DNA of 64,000 nucleotides from assembly GCA_918797485.1 (NCBI GenBank), contig CAKKNE010000006.1, forward strand, positions 1,860,001 to 1,924,000. Direction: 5' to 3'. Positions 1 through 10,562 of the stretch are shown here, piece by piece. The notes under the pieces are model-generated. The model searched no databases. It saw only the letters and a list, made by a program, of their open reading frames with translations, and had not been told where the DNA came from. The stretch's first letter is position 1, and the number at the start of each line of letters is the position of its first letter. The stretch comes from Pelagomonas calceolata. Taxonomy: Eukaryota. A program made the translations under genes and the position numbers.

Positions 1-743
1 CTCAACGCGCAACCTGCACAGTCACCTAGGGTGAAAGCCAAGATATATTTTCTAAATTTAGGTAAAGCTGCACTTGCTGTGCTACACGGAGTGCTCCATA
101 GTGCCCTCACCCCCTCAACGGGACTATCAATGGAGCAAACCGGGATTCAACCCATTTTGAGATTACTGCCTGTTCTTGGAACAAGCTTGGATGAGTACGA
201 CACTTCATCGCGAGAGATTTCCTTGAGGTGCGTTTACATCTTACTTAGCAGATTTCAGCTTCAATCTGAACTTGCCTTCCCTCGGCCCTGCATCTGGACA
301 GTTGCCTTACCACCTTGCTTAATTGCCTCCCACCAACCAGTCTTCAGCTTAACAGCGTTTTGGAATTATATCCTGCTATCGTGAAACGCCTCGATGATTC
401 GCTAGATGACATTAGATTGGAAGCCTGCGCCACATTTTCTGCGTATGTAAAGTGTATATCTCCCGTTATTGCTCTTATTCTCTTATTCTGCAGATTTGCC
501 AGGGTGACACCGCCAAACGCGCTAACAGAGACAATCCTTGAATACTGTATTGAACACTTTCTAGTTCATCTCGATGATGCAAATGTAAATGTTCAGAGCG
601 CAGTCTTCCAGGCTCTTCTGACTATTGGAAGCGTGGGGCCCTTGGCCAAAGTCATGCTCTCGAGGAAAGTCAGTGAAATTAGTTTCTCCCATCGCGATCC
701 GGCCCTCGCTATTCGACTTCTGAATGTGCTTAATCTAAGCTAA
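1..743 (+). CDS. DNAAF5: Dynein axonemal assembly factor 5 / HEATR2, 3' part (gene starts before the window)
   Basis: Motifs LYPAIVKRLDDSLDDIRLEAC and LVHLDDANVNVQSAVFQAL resemble the HEATR2 C-terminus. GT-AG intron 228-301 joins ORFs 31..384 and 315..743. Probable in-frame intron 443-493. Confidence 0.75.
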
Positions 744-1869
744 CGAGGAGCATGCTTAATCCACGCACGCACTCGAGACCATGCACGTGCCTGTCGCGTT
801 TAGACCACTCCTCCCGATAAGGACGTAATCGAGATTTGAACTCAATTCCAATTGTCCGGCAGCCTCCATGAATCCGAAACAAAAAGAAACAAAAAGTCCT
901 GCGAAGTTCAACGTAAAGTTGAAGTAGAGGCAGGAGGGTAAATTTAGCAAAACCCGCCATCTAGTGTTCTAGAGCGCCCAAAAGCCACAGGGTTAAACGC
1001 GCGAAATTAGGCAAAATGTGGTTCCGGCAGGCCTCGGCCTGTGTCTTGGGGGGCCTGGGGGGCTCGCGAGCGCGGCGACTGGCGGCCCGGGAACGCCGCG
1101 ACTGGCGGCCCGGGAACGCCGCGCGGTTACCAGTACTAAGTCCCGGCGGTTTCAGCCCCGGGCCTGACCCGAAACCAAGGTAGTCCGACCAAAACCAAAT
1201 TAATTTGAGTTCCCGAAAAGAAGCTAAGTGCTACTCGATTTACGTCCCTGCTTCAAGTTCAGGCTCCGAGTCCCGAGCCCTGGCCCGGGACCGGGCCGCT
1301 GACCACTGACGCGGCTAGGTGCCTTTGCGACGTATATTCAATTTTAAGTTGTTCCGAGTCACGGTTTCTCGGAGCGGAGGAGCCACCGTGACGGTCGTAG
1401 ACAACTTGAATGCCAGTGAATGCACTTGCACGGAGTCCGAGTCCGTATATGCCGACTGGGTCAACGTGCTCTATGACTGCATGCTACGATGTGGGGCCGC
1501 AATGATCAACGATGTGCCCGGCCCGGGGGGATTTTCTTAACGCTAGTTTCCTGCACAACCCCTGTCCTACTAGCCCGGGCGACGAGCATGACGGGGGGGG
1601 AGCGACAGGATAGGGGGCCCGTCGCGCTCGACTCCGACTAGTAGAGGGCCAACCCGCTGCCCATCGCTTGGACCCCCGCCGTCGGAGATTGATTTTGGCA
1701 CCCTGGTACTGTAGGCCTCCTCGGATCCCCCGGCGAGTTGTGACCGATCACTTGCTTGTTCATTTTAAACCCTTACTTGTTCATTTAAAATATCTCGCGC
1801 GCTCCTGAGAGCTTTTAGAGGCCTGCAGCTTGATCTGCACATGCCGCGACATCTAAAGGTGAACGCGGC

Positions 1870-2826
1870 ATGAACCTTAACGGGGAGCCCGCGACGACAA
1901 GATTGTCTGGGTTGATGAAGTCTGTCGTACTTTGCACGACGGGACTACCGCCCGGAGAGCGAGAGGAGATATGCGAAATGGCTCGCGCAATGGGAGCGGC
2001 CGTGAACGATAACCTGAGCCGTATGACGACTCACCTAGTTTGCGCCACTGTCAAAGGAGCCAAGTACGATGCTACCATGCACTCTCCTTTGAGGGGCCAG
2101 ATCTATCTGGTGACTCCCGAGTATGTCCGATGCTGTCACACCACTATTGCCCGCCTTGACGAGAGAAAGTATCCAACTCTTGCTTTATCAGGCCTAAGAA
2201 TTTCCATCTCTGGCTTTGAGAGCGCCTCACGCGAGGTGCTCCGTGAAGCAATTGTCGCTACAGGCGGCGCGTACATACCAACACTAAACGCGGGTACAAC
2301 CGATGTGCTTGTTGCACGTCGAGCAACAGGTGCCAAGTATCACGCTGCTGCTGCCTGGAACATTCCATGCGTCTCCCGGGGATGGCTCGATGACAGTCTT
2401 ATATATGGCCATCGACGTGATATGCGTAAATACACACTTAGTGACGTGAAATTGATGGGAAAGCGCAAGCGAGACCTCGGGCTTGAAATAGAAAACAACA
2501 TCGCCGAGCTGGTTCGTGCCACCCACGACACATGCGTTAGCAGGGCTTTTGACAGCGTTATTGCTTTTGTCGCCGAATGTAGCATCCCTGACACAGTGAG
2601 ATCTGACATCGACGTACTTCTGAGCTATGGACAGGGTACGAGGCTTCCGGTTCTTGCAGCTGCAGTTACACATGTCATTGTCCCCCCAAACCTAAGCCCA
2701 ACGAGCTACCAAATAACACACTGGTCTCAGCATACAAATAGCGCCCACGTTGTCAAGGCTTCCTGGATCGCAGCATCTGCAACATCAGGAAGTCGACAGC
2801 CTGAAGTTTTCTTCGCTGTCTGTTGA
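1870..2826 (+). CDS. Multi-BRCT-domain protein (TopBP1/Dpb11/Rad4-like)
   Basis: 318-aa ORF with BRCT signatures (LCTTGL..ER..I.....AMGA...THLV...KY; ISISGF...GG.Y...KY..A..WNIPCV...WL.DS; THVIV...V...WI..S). Confidence 0.75.
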   Translation: MNLNGEPATTRLSGLMKSVVLCTTGLPPGEREEICEMARAMGAAVNDNLSRMTTHLVCATVKGAKYDATMHSPLRGQIYLVTPEYVRCCHTTIARLDERKYPTLALSGLRISISGFESASREVLREAIVATGGAYIPTLNAGTTDVLVARRATGAKYHAAAAWNIPCVSRGWLDDSLIYGHRRDMRKYTLSDVKLMGKRKRDLGLEIENNIAELVRATHDTCVSRAFDSVIAFVAECSIPDTVRSDIDVLLSYGQGTRLPVLAAAVTHVIVPPNLSPTSYQITHWSQHTNSAHVVKASWIAASATSGSRQPEVFFAVC

Positions 2827-3949
2827 GTGATCATTTTTAAATTTAGTATGCAATTGAAACAATTCAAAGTTAGTACTTACTGCCTCTAGCTCGCCAGCGG
2901 TAACTTGAAAGTTTTAGACAAACCCCCAGTGGTGCGCAAAGACCCCCCCTTACTACATCGTCGAACTTTGAAGGTCGATCAGAGGTCGATCACCCCCTTC
3001 TCCTACGTCGTTCAACGGTCAGCGGCGCTACCAATGCGCTACCCTTTACTCTCGTAAAAGGCCTTCGAGAGAAGGGTTAGCTGAAGAGTGTAGCGCGCTG
3101 TAGCGGTGTCATTCGCCTTTGAGCGCTGTAGCGCTCCAACGCCGGCCCCATTCATGGATGTAGCGCGTGCGATCGATGGTCAGCACGCCTGGCTCGGGTG
3201 CGAGGTCTTTCCGCTGCAAAAACGCCGCCGCGCGCGCCGAACGCAGCCCTCGCATTTTTACGATGTGCGCGATATCGGGTGCACGCGCGGCCGCGGGCGC
3301 GGGCGCCGCGTTCGGTAGGGGCCCGGGGAGCCCTGCGGCGCCTGCGTCGCCTCGGATGGCGCTCCCGGCGCCCCGGCGCGCGCCAACCGCGCCACGAAAG
3401 CGTCGCCGGCCGAGCCCGAGCCCGCGGGAGCCGTCCGCGGGCGAGGGCGCGCGCTGCCCGGCCCGCGCCACGGGTGCAACGGCCGCGGCGGCGCGCTCCG
3501 AGGCGCCGGCGCCCGTCGCGAGGGCCCGCGGCCGGCGGCCGGGCGCCGCAGGCGCCGCGCCGCGTCGAGCGGCCGCCGACCTGTGCGCCGAGGCTCGCCG
3601 CGGGGCGGCGACCACTTCCCCGGCCTCGGGCGCCGTGCGGCCTCGAAAGGGCGCCGCGCGACCCTGCAAACGGCCCTCTTGCGTTGCGCCGCCGGTAGCT
3701 CCGTGAGCCCTACGGCACGCCACGTGGCGCGCCGGATCATCGAGGGCGCCTGGACGCTCTCCGGGGCGTTGTTTTTTTTGTGGTGTAATTGTTGGTGTAA
3801 TTGTTGGTGATGGGACTGCGTTTTTTTCGCGATGGGTTAGGACGCCAGGCACGGATCCACGAGGAAGAGGGTTAGCCGCAGGACAACTAGTATCTGGCCG
3901 GGATAACCGGGTTAGACGTTCTACGATTGCGTAGAACACCGTGGAACCG

Positions 3950-5718
3950 ATGTCCCTAGCTGGGATAGATGGCGAGCGAAAATCGGGGATCGACATACGT
4001 GCCGAGCATGTGACTGTGCGTCGCCGGCGTCGTTTTCCAATTCATAGTTGCATCTATAATACAGGCGACGATGGCAATATCAAACATAGTCAAGTCGTCT
4101 CTGGGACCAGTTGGACTGGACAAGATGCTCGTCGATGACATTGGTGATGTCACCATAACCAATGATGGTGAGATAAAGCAGTGAACGATGATTAATTCGA
4201 TTCTTCAGGCGCCACCATTTTACAGCGTTTGGAGGTTGAACACCCAGCTGCCAAGGTGCTTGTGGAGTTGGCTGAGCTTCAGGACAGTGAAGTTGGTGAT
4301 GGGACTACGTCGGTGGTCATTGTTGCAGCCGAGCTGCTGAAGCGGGGGACTGAACTCGTCAAAAGTGGTATACATCCAACGACAATAATGACTGGGTTTC
4401 GTCTTGCTCTTAAAGACGCAGTCAGGTTTGTTAAATCCAGTCTCATGGTGCCCGTTTGCCAACTTGGCGATGATGCAGTAGTTTCTGCAGCTAAGACATC
4501 TATGGCCTCCAAGCTTCTCAATGCGGATGAACTCTTTTGGTCTAGATTGGCAGTTGATGCTGTACGTTCGGTCAAAACGCTCACAGCCGCGCCTAAATTA
4601 AAAAAAAAAAAAAGTCGGACACACACATTTTGCACAATAGGCTTGCAGCAAATGGCAAGGCTCGCTACCCTGTCTCGGCTATTCATATTCTTAAAGCCCA
4701 TGGGAAATCTTCAAGAGAGTCTGAACTGGTAAATGGGTTTGCAATCAATATACAACGAGCAGCCCAGGGCATGCCTACCGTGGTGAAAAATGCAAAGATT
4801 GCACTGCTTGACTTCCCACTCCAGCGCCACAAAGTACAAATGGGCATTGCTGTCCAGGTTGATGACATTGCCGAGGTGGAAGGAATTCGTCAGCGCGAAC
4901 TAGACATTACAAAAGAACGCATACAGAAGATATTGCAGTCTGGAGCAAATGTAATCCTCACAACCAAGGGAATAGACGATACCTGCCTCAAATACTTCGT
5001 GGAGGCGGGTGCATTGGCAGCCCGGCGAGTCAAGAAAGAGGATCTCACGCGCCTGGCCCGTGCAACTGGTGGTCGCGTTGTTGTGACACTAGCGGATATG
5101 GAAGGTAACGAGACGTTTGACTCGGAGTCTCTAGGATCAGCCGAGCTGGTGCAGGAGGAACGTGTTGGGGATGGCGAAATGCTTTATGTCCGTGGTACTT
5201 CGTGTTCAAGGGCCACGACGATAGTCCTTCGTGGTGCAAATGACTTTCACCTCGACGAGCTAGACCGTGCGCTGCACGATGTATTGATGGTTGTGAAACG
5301 TGTTCTTGAGTCTGCTGCTGTAGTAGCTGGTGGCGGCGCCGTTGAAGCAGCCCTGTCAATCTACCTTGAGAAGCAGGCACATACCCTGGGCACACGCGAA
5401 CATTTGGCGGTAGCTGAATTTGCACAAGCGCTCCTCGTTATTCCCCGGACACTTTCTGTCAACGCAGCTCAAGACGCAATTGAGCTCGTGGCAAAACTTC
5501 GAGCAAGCCACAATGCTGCACAGCAGCACCTCCAGGATGATCTTCAAAAGTTTACTGGGTTAGATTTGACCACTGGACGTATTCGCAATAATCTCGCAGC
5601 AGGTGTCCTTGAGCCTGCTATATCTAAGATCAAGTGCCTCCGCTTTGCAACAGAAGCTGCAATCACCATCTTGCGTATTGATGACATGATCAAGCTCAAT
5701 CCGATGGCTCAAGAATGA
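3950..5718 (+). CDS. CCT1: T-complex protein 1 subunit alpha
   Basis: Spliced product contains [39 protein letters not shown] and [14 protein letters not shown]. Introns 4016-4064 and 4168-4208 (GT-AG); 4579-4640 (GC-AG, inferred). Confidence 0.97.
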
Positions 5719-6223
5719 TCATTTGGCGCCAATCTAAGCACATAATCCGCTGAACTGTTCAAGAAGATTGATATGATAAAAAAGACAAAAGACGAGTGGC
5801 CATCGTTGTCATGATGATTAATCAGGAAGGAAATAAATTAGATACTCTCCAGGCTACCCTACATTTTTAAGTTAGAGAGGAGGTGTTTTAACAATGAAAA
5901 AGCATTGGATTTGATGTTGGTCAGAGCTGTCTGATATCATCGCTAGTTGTGGGATGGTTGGGAGGCACAGAGTTCGATGGACTCATAGCGCGGGACAAAA
6001 AAACGTGTTAGGAGTGCTATGCACCTCTGGAATCATGTGTGCGTCGAAAGGAATTCCCGGCAGCGAAAGAAATTCCCGGCAGCGTCGGCCAGCACAAGCA
6101 TGGCCAATAAACACCGGTGGGGACGTCTTTCTATTCTAAACTTAAAGAGGAAATTAAGAGTACGGGTATGTTCAAGTTTTGCGCCCTTTCAAACCGCGCG
6201 CCCGGGCCGCCAAAACTTCCATG

Positions 6224-7304
6224 CAAATGCGCCATGAGGGGTATGGGGGGGGTCTTCGCGCACCCTCATGGCCAAAACTTCCATGCCCACCCCCTCATGG
6301 TCTTCGCGCCAAAACTTCCACCCCCTCATGGTCTTCTTTGCAAATGCGCCATGTCGCGCACCCCCCCGATCGGGACTCGTGTCTTCGGGGAGGGTGGGGG
6401 GGGGGAGTGCTGCACCCCAATACAGCCGCGGCGGCGTCGGCACGCGGGCGCGGTGGCCCGAGGGCGGCTGAGGATGGAGCTAAACGCCATTCCAGTGGTG
6501 GGGATCGATGTCTAGGAGTCCGTGTTTCTCTCATAATGCTTGTGTGGAACTCGGGAAAACCCGTTTTGTTTCGAGTTCAATGGCTCGGTCGGCCCGGCGC
6601 ACGCCGTGGGACTGCCCCCCCCACGGCGTAGAGAAACGCGTGCGCATATGGATCGGCCCGAATATCTCGAATACGGTGCCGCTGGGTCAGTCGAGCAGCA
6701 CCTGGCGCGTTTGCGGACCGCCGCGGTCCGGGCGGGCTTCAAGTTCCCGCCCGAGGAGCCGGACTCGGACTAGAGCCACGCGACGACGCCACACGACTAG
6801 GACTAACTTGACGAACTCTCCCATACATTACATAAAGGTTGTACCGCGTACAACGGTCTCTCGGTTGCCGTACCCTATGCTTGGCGTGGCGGCTCGATCA
6901 CGCGACCCCACGATCTCGTAAAAACGGCGAATTACTTGGACCTGCGACCATTGGCGCTTTTGCCGTCATCCTGGACCTGGACGCGATCGTTTGTTTCGTC
7001 GCCGATTGACTTGCTCGAGGTCCAGATCAATGGCAATAAGAGCTGCCGCCGGGCAGCCTCGAAGTACATTTCCCGTGGTGTAGATGTAGTACAATTGTAG
7101 TTGACTATCGGCGGGGTAGTATAGGGTCCGACGAGACCGCTACGGCGACTACTGGGGGCCCTCGGGTAATTGGCGTATTTGTGACGGTCGCGGCTGGTTC
7201 TATAGGTCGCGAAGTTGCCGAATCGCGCGGCTCTAACGGGTCATCTAATATACGTCGACCTGTGCCCATCCGGCCTAAATGGCAAAAGGCTTCAAGTTCC
7301 CGCC
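6224..7304. mobile_element. Degenerate/rearranged relative of the 10563-12503 TIR element
   Basis: Begins with the same TIR prefix CAAATGCGCCATGAGGGGTAT (repeated at 6341). 6353-6435 matches 10637-10725. ~6900-7160 matches ~11230-11490 inverted. 7205-7282 matches 11773-11851 directly. No right TIR seen. Confidence 0.65.
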
Positions 7305-7628
7305 GATGCTCAAGCACCTTCCCCTTACCTCAATAAACCCATAAAACATCTGTTTTCTGAAGTTCTAGTTCTAGAAGAAAGTTACTAGTACTCCTTAAAG
7401 AGCTCCTAACAGCGACCCGAATGGTGTTGGAACCTTACCCTCTAGCTCAGGTCACGAACACCTCGAGCTCAGGTGCGAGAAAGAGTTCCAAATAGTTGGT
7501 CAACAAATAGTTGGTCAGAAGCGTCGTCCTCCGCCGCTGCGTGTTTCGCCTGGTGTTTCCTAGCTCGCCAAACCACGACAGTTTCTTAGTTTCACACAGG
7601 CTGTAAAGACTGCAAACGAGCAAGTATT

Positions 7629-9564
7629 TCAGCCAAGCAGTTTTCTGTTTTGTATCCATTGGGACTCAAGCAGCTTTGGCATGTCAATCATGCTCTCTTC
7701 GGTTGTGCTCAGACCAATCGCATGCCTCGAAATTGAATGAAAAGCAACAACGTAATTTAGCTTGGGAAGTCGAGGCCGCTGATTTGGAAGCATGTGGAGT
7801 TTTATGCATGCCTCTAGTTCCTCACGGAGCTGTGCACTTGCAATAGCAAATGAACAGGGTTCAATAAGTACTAGTGCAAGAGCAAGATGAATCGTTTTGG
7901 TCATAGTCAGAGAATCATTTGTACGAACATGGACACCCTGCTCGGAAACTTCACGAGGATCCTGAAAGGATGCTTTGATTTGAAGCCAGGCCTTCCACAG
8001 CGCACGTGCTTTGCGTGCCTATGGAAGCCATTCAACAAACAAAATCAAGAATACAAACTGCTCCGAGGCTCCGCGCCAAGATTGAGTTCGGGCCATTATA
8101 AACCCTACAGTTCTCCACCATAAGTTTGATATCGCACTCAAAAGCGCCAATTGATCTGTAGGGCGCGTGAACACGCAGGATCTTTGATCGCATGGTGCTG
8201 AGGTCCATAGGTTCTTTAATTTTTTTTGAATAGCCAGGTGCCTATAAATGAGCAATTTTAGTTTATATACTTGCAGACAGTGAATACGACAATAGCGTCA
8301 GTGACGGGAAAGGCAAATAAGTCGGTTGAGTCTGCTTCCTGTAATTGTTTCCAACATTCTTCAAGAACCTCTCGAATGTCGCAAGGTGGTACGGAGCTGT
8401 TCGCATCAATCATATGCTTCATTCTGGATATCAGGCGGGTCAAAGATGCGTCATCCCAATTGCCGTTCATTGCCACACTGTCCAGAATGGCAGCGATGCG
8501 CCTCACACCACCAGTAGTTTGAGGCTTTAAACCAAGCAGAATATCAATAAACAAAATAGGGTAGAGCGAGACTCGATGGTTCAAAAAGTCGTACCTCACA
8601 CCACGCCATATTACTTCCACGAAGGCTGCAAAAAGAATCCCCTTGCTGTGGCCAATCAACTCGTAAAGAACCAAATAGAGGGATGGATCTAATGCCCGAC
8701 GCACAGTGCATCCCCCCTTCATTAGCCGGGAATCACCACTCACTGCTAGGCTTCTGCTTGCACTAGGTGCGACATTAGAAAACCAACGCTCAGCATAGGA
8801 TGCCAGCATGATACGAAAACGCGCAGAGATTGTTACGCAACACCTACACGTTCAAAAGACTTCATTGAGCATTTAGGATGCACGCAGATGGAGACTTCCA
8901 ACGCACAAGTTTTGGCAACTTTCTGAAAGCATCTTCGGACAACCTGTGGAGAGCCTCGGCCAGAACACTGGGTATACGTCCTGGCCACGTCTCGAGAAGA
9001 GCAAGTGATACAACCCGAAGCTCGGGCACATGTGAGTGCGACCAGGATGCCTCAAGAAGTGCAACCCGCGCGTTGTAACTTATGCGGGGTATTGCCGTCA
9101 CCAACCGGCGACACCAGGCGTCGATCACAATGGCGTGCCCGGTCTGTATACGCTGAGCCTCCAGCAGTGACAAAGCGGCCTGCATCCTTGTAATCCGAAA
9201 TCTATGCGCTTATGCTCCGTCCCGCTGTTCATTCACTAGCCACAAGTCCCGCCGTTTGGTCGCCACCCCATGCGTGAAGGCAAAGAGTCTCCCATGGCGA
9301 CCATGGCCCGTTCTCGCTGACGACGGCCCCGTTTGCGGCGGCGGCTAGCTCCGCGACCAAAAAGAGGTCGACGGCCTACGGGCGCCCTCGCGCGCCACGC
9401 CACCGCGCGGAAGGCCGCGCAGGGCAGCCGCCCGTAGGCCCATTTTCGAGCCGTCGACGGACTAGTGCTCGCCCGCCGCACTCGTCGAGGTCTAGTGGGA
9501 CGCCCTCGGCCGCGCGGGGCAGCTTCGTCGATGGTCGATGGTTCAGATTGGCAGCTCGGACCAT
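7629..9564 (-). CDS. NELFB: NELF-B/COBRA1-like protein with an internal bromodomain (5' exon structure uncertain)
   Basis: MQAALSLLEAQ, LLEASWSHSHVPELRVVSLALLE and LALVLIEPCSFAIASAQLREELE..MLP align by eye with COBRA1 blocks. Bromodomain LFAFPVTDAI|APGYSKKIKEPMDLSTM...NCRVYNGPNS is assembled across introns 8242-8290 and ~8019-8076. Confidence 0.7.
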
Positions 9565-10562
9565 CGACCATATTGACCATTAGCGCGCTTGGGCTGCCTT
9601 CCGTCCCGTCATTTTGTGAGCGCTCCACGGCCAGGGTCTCGACCATTTTTTAGCAGCAGACGGGCGCCCGCGGCGCCACACGGCACTGCCCCATCAGCAC
9701 GCACCCTCCGCCGTGCGTCGCCGCATGACGTCGTACCATGACCGTCTTTCGAAATGACCTTCACCCAGAACCCACGAACGGCTCACCGCAAGGAATTTGG
9801 GATGCGATGAAGTTTGACCGTAAACGCGGGCGTCAAACGAGGTGCGTCGACCACCGATACGCGAAGTGCGAAACGGGCTCCACGACCCAAACCTGTTGGC
9901 GTGGAGCTTCGAAGGGATCGTGGGGACTGCGCAGACCGCTTGGTTGCTCGGGAACCCCTTTTTTACTATAAAATGTCCAGGAAATAGCTATATTCATTTC
10001 GGTTTTGCCAGAGGGGGCACATGTGCAAAAAATGACCAATTCTTATTCTTACTAAAAGTCCAATATATTAGCAGGTACATAGCAGGCGAACCGCGCCCCA
10101 TCACACGCACGCGCACATAATCGGCCTGAAATGAAAAAGGGGCACGGCCATCTCGACCTCAGGCTCGCGTGAAGTAAACTAGCTCGCGTGCGCCTCTCTT
10201 CGAAGCTGTCAGAGACACTTCGCCTGTCCTGTAGTCCACGTGTTTGTGGCGTACACGAGGGTGCATCATGACAAGAGAAGCTACGCGTGATGATGCGCGC
10301 GATGACGGCGCAACGCCGCGCGCGCGCGCGCGACAAACTTTGCGGTCATCTCGAGCCCTCGTAGTGTCATAGATCGTTGGGCGCAAAGATCGCGATGCAC
10401 TAGCAGGCGGTGGAGATCTCGCGCAGAGCTGCGGTTTGGGCACTCAGCAGACCGCCCAGACCGTGACGGTCACTGGCACGATTACCTTTCGATGCGGGTG
10501 AGGCCCTAGGAGAGCGCGTTAAAACCAGGTGACCAAGTAGGATTACAGGACTAGTAATACTA

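Noticed and set aside
1073..1124. Short tandem duplications (also ~7490, ~12922, ~32248, ~52810) as a CRISPR-like array
   Set aside because: Only 2-4 units, no regular unique spacers, no cas genes, eukaryotic context.
3109..3996. Long overlapping ORFs (295, 179, 166, 160 aa)
   Set aside because: Low-complexity Ala/Arg/Gly/Pro translations in multiple frames are expected from very high GC; no domain is recognisable.
4591..4640. Programmed frameshift or pseudogenising indel at the A14 run in CCT1
   Set aside because: Removing a 62-nt intron restores the exact conserved CCT1 spacing, whereas read-through would add ~20 non-homologous residues.
5812..5934. Box C/D snoRNA candidate (ATGATGA ... 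CTGA)
   Set aside because: No convincing terminal stem or rRNA-complementary guide could be identified by eye.
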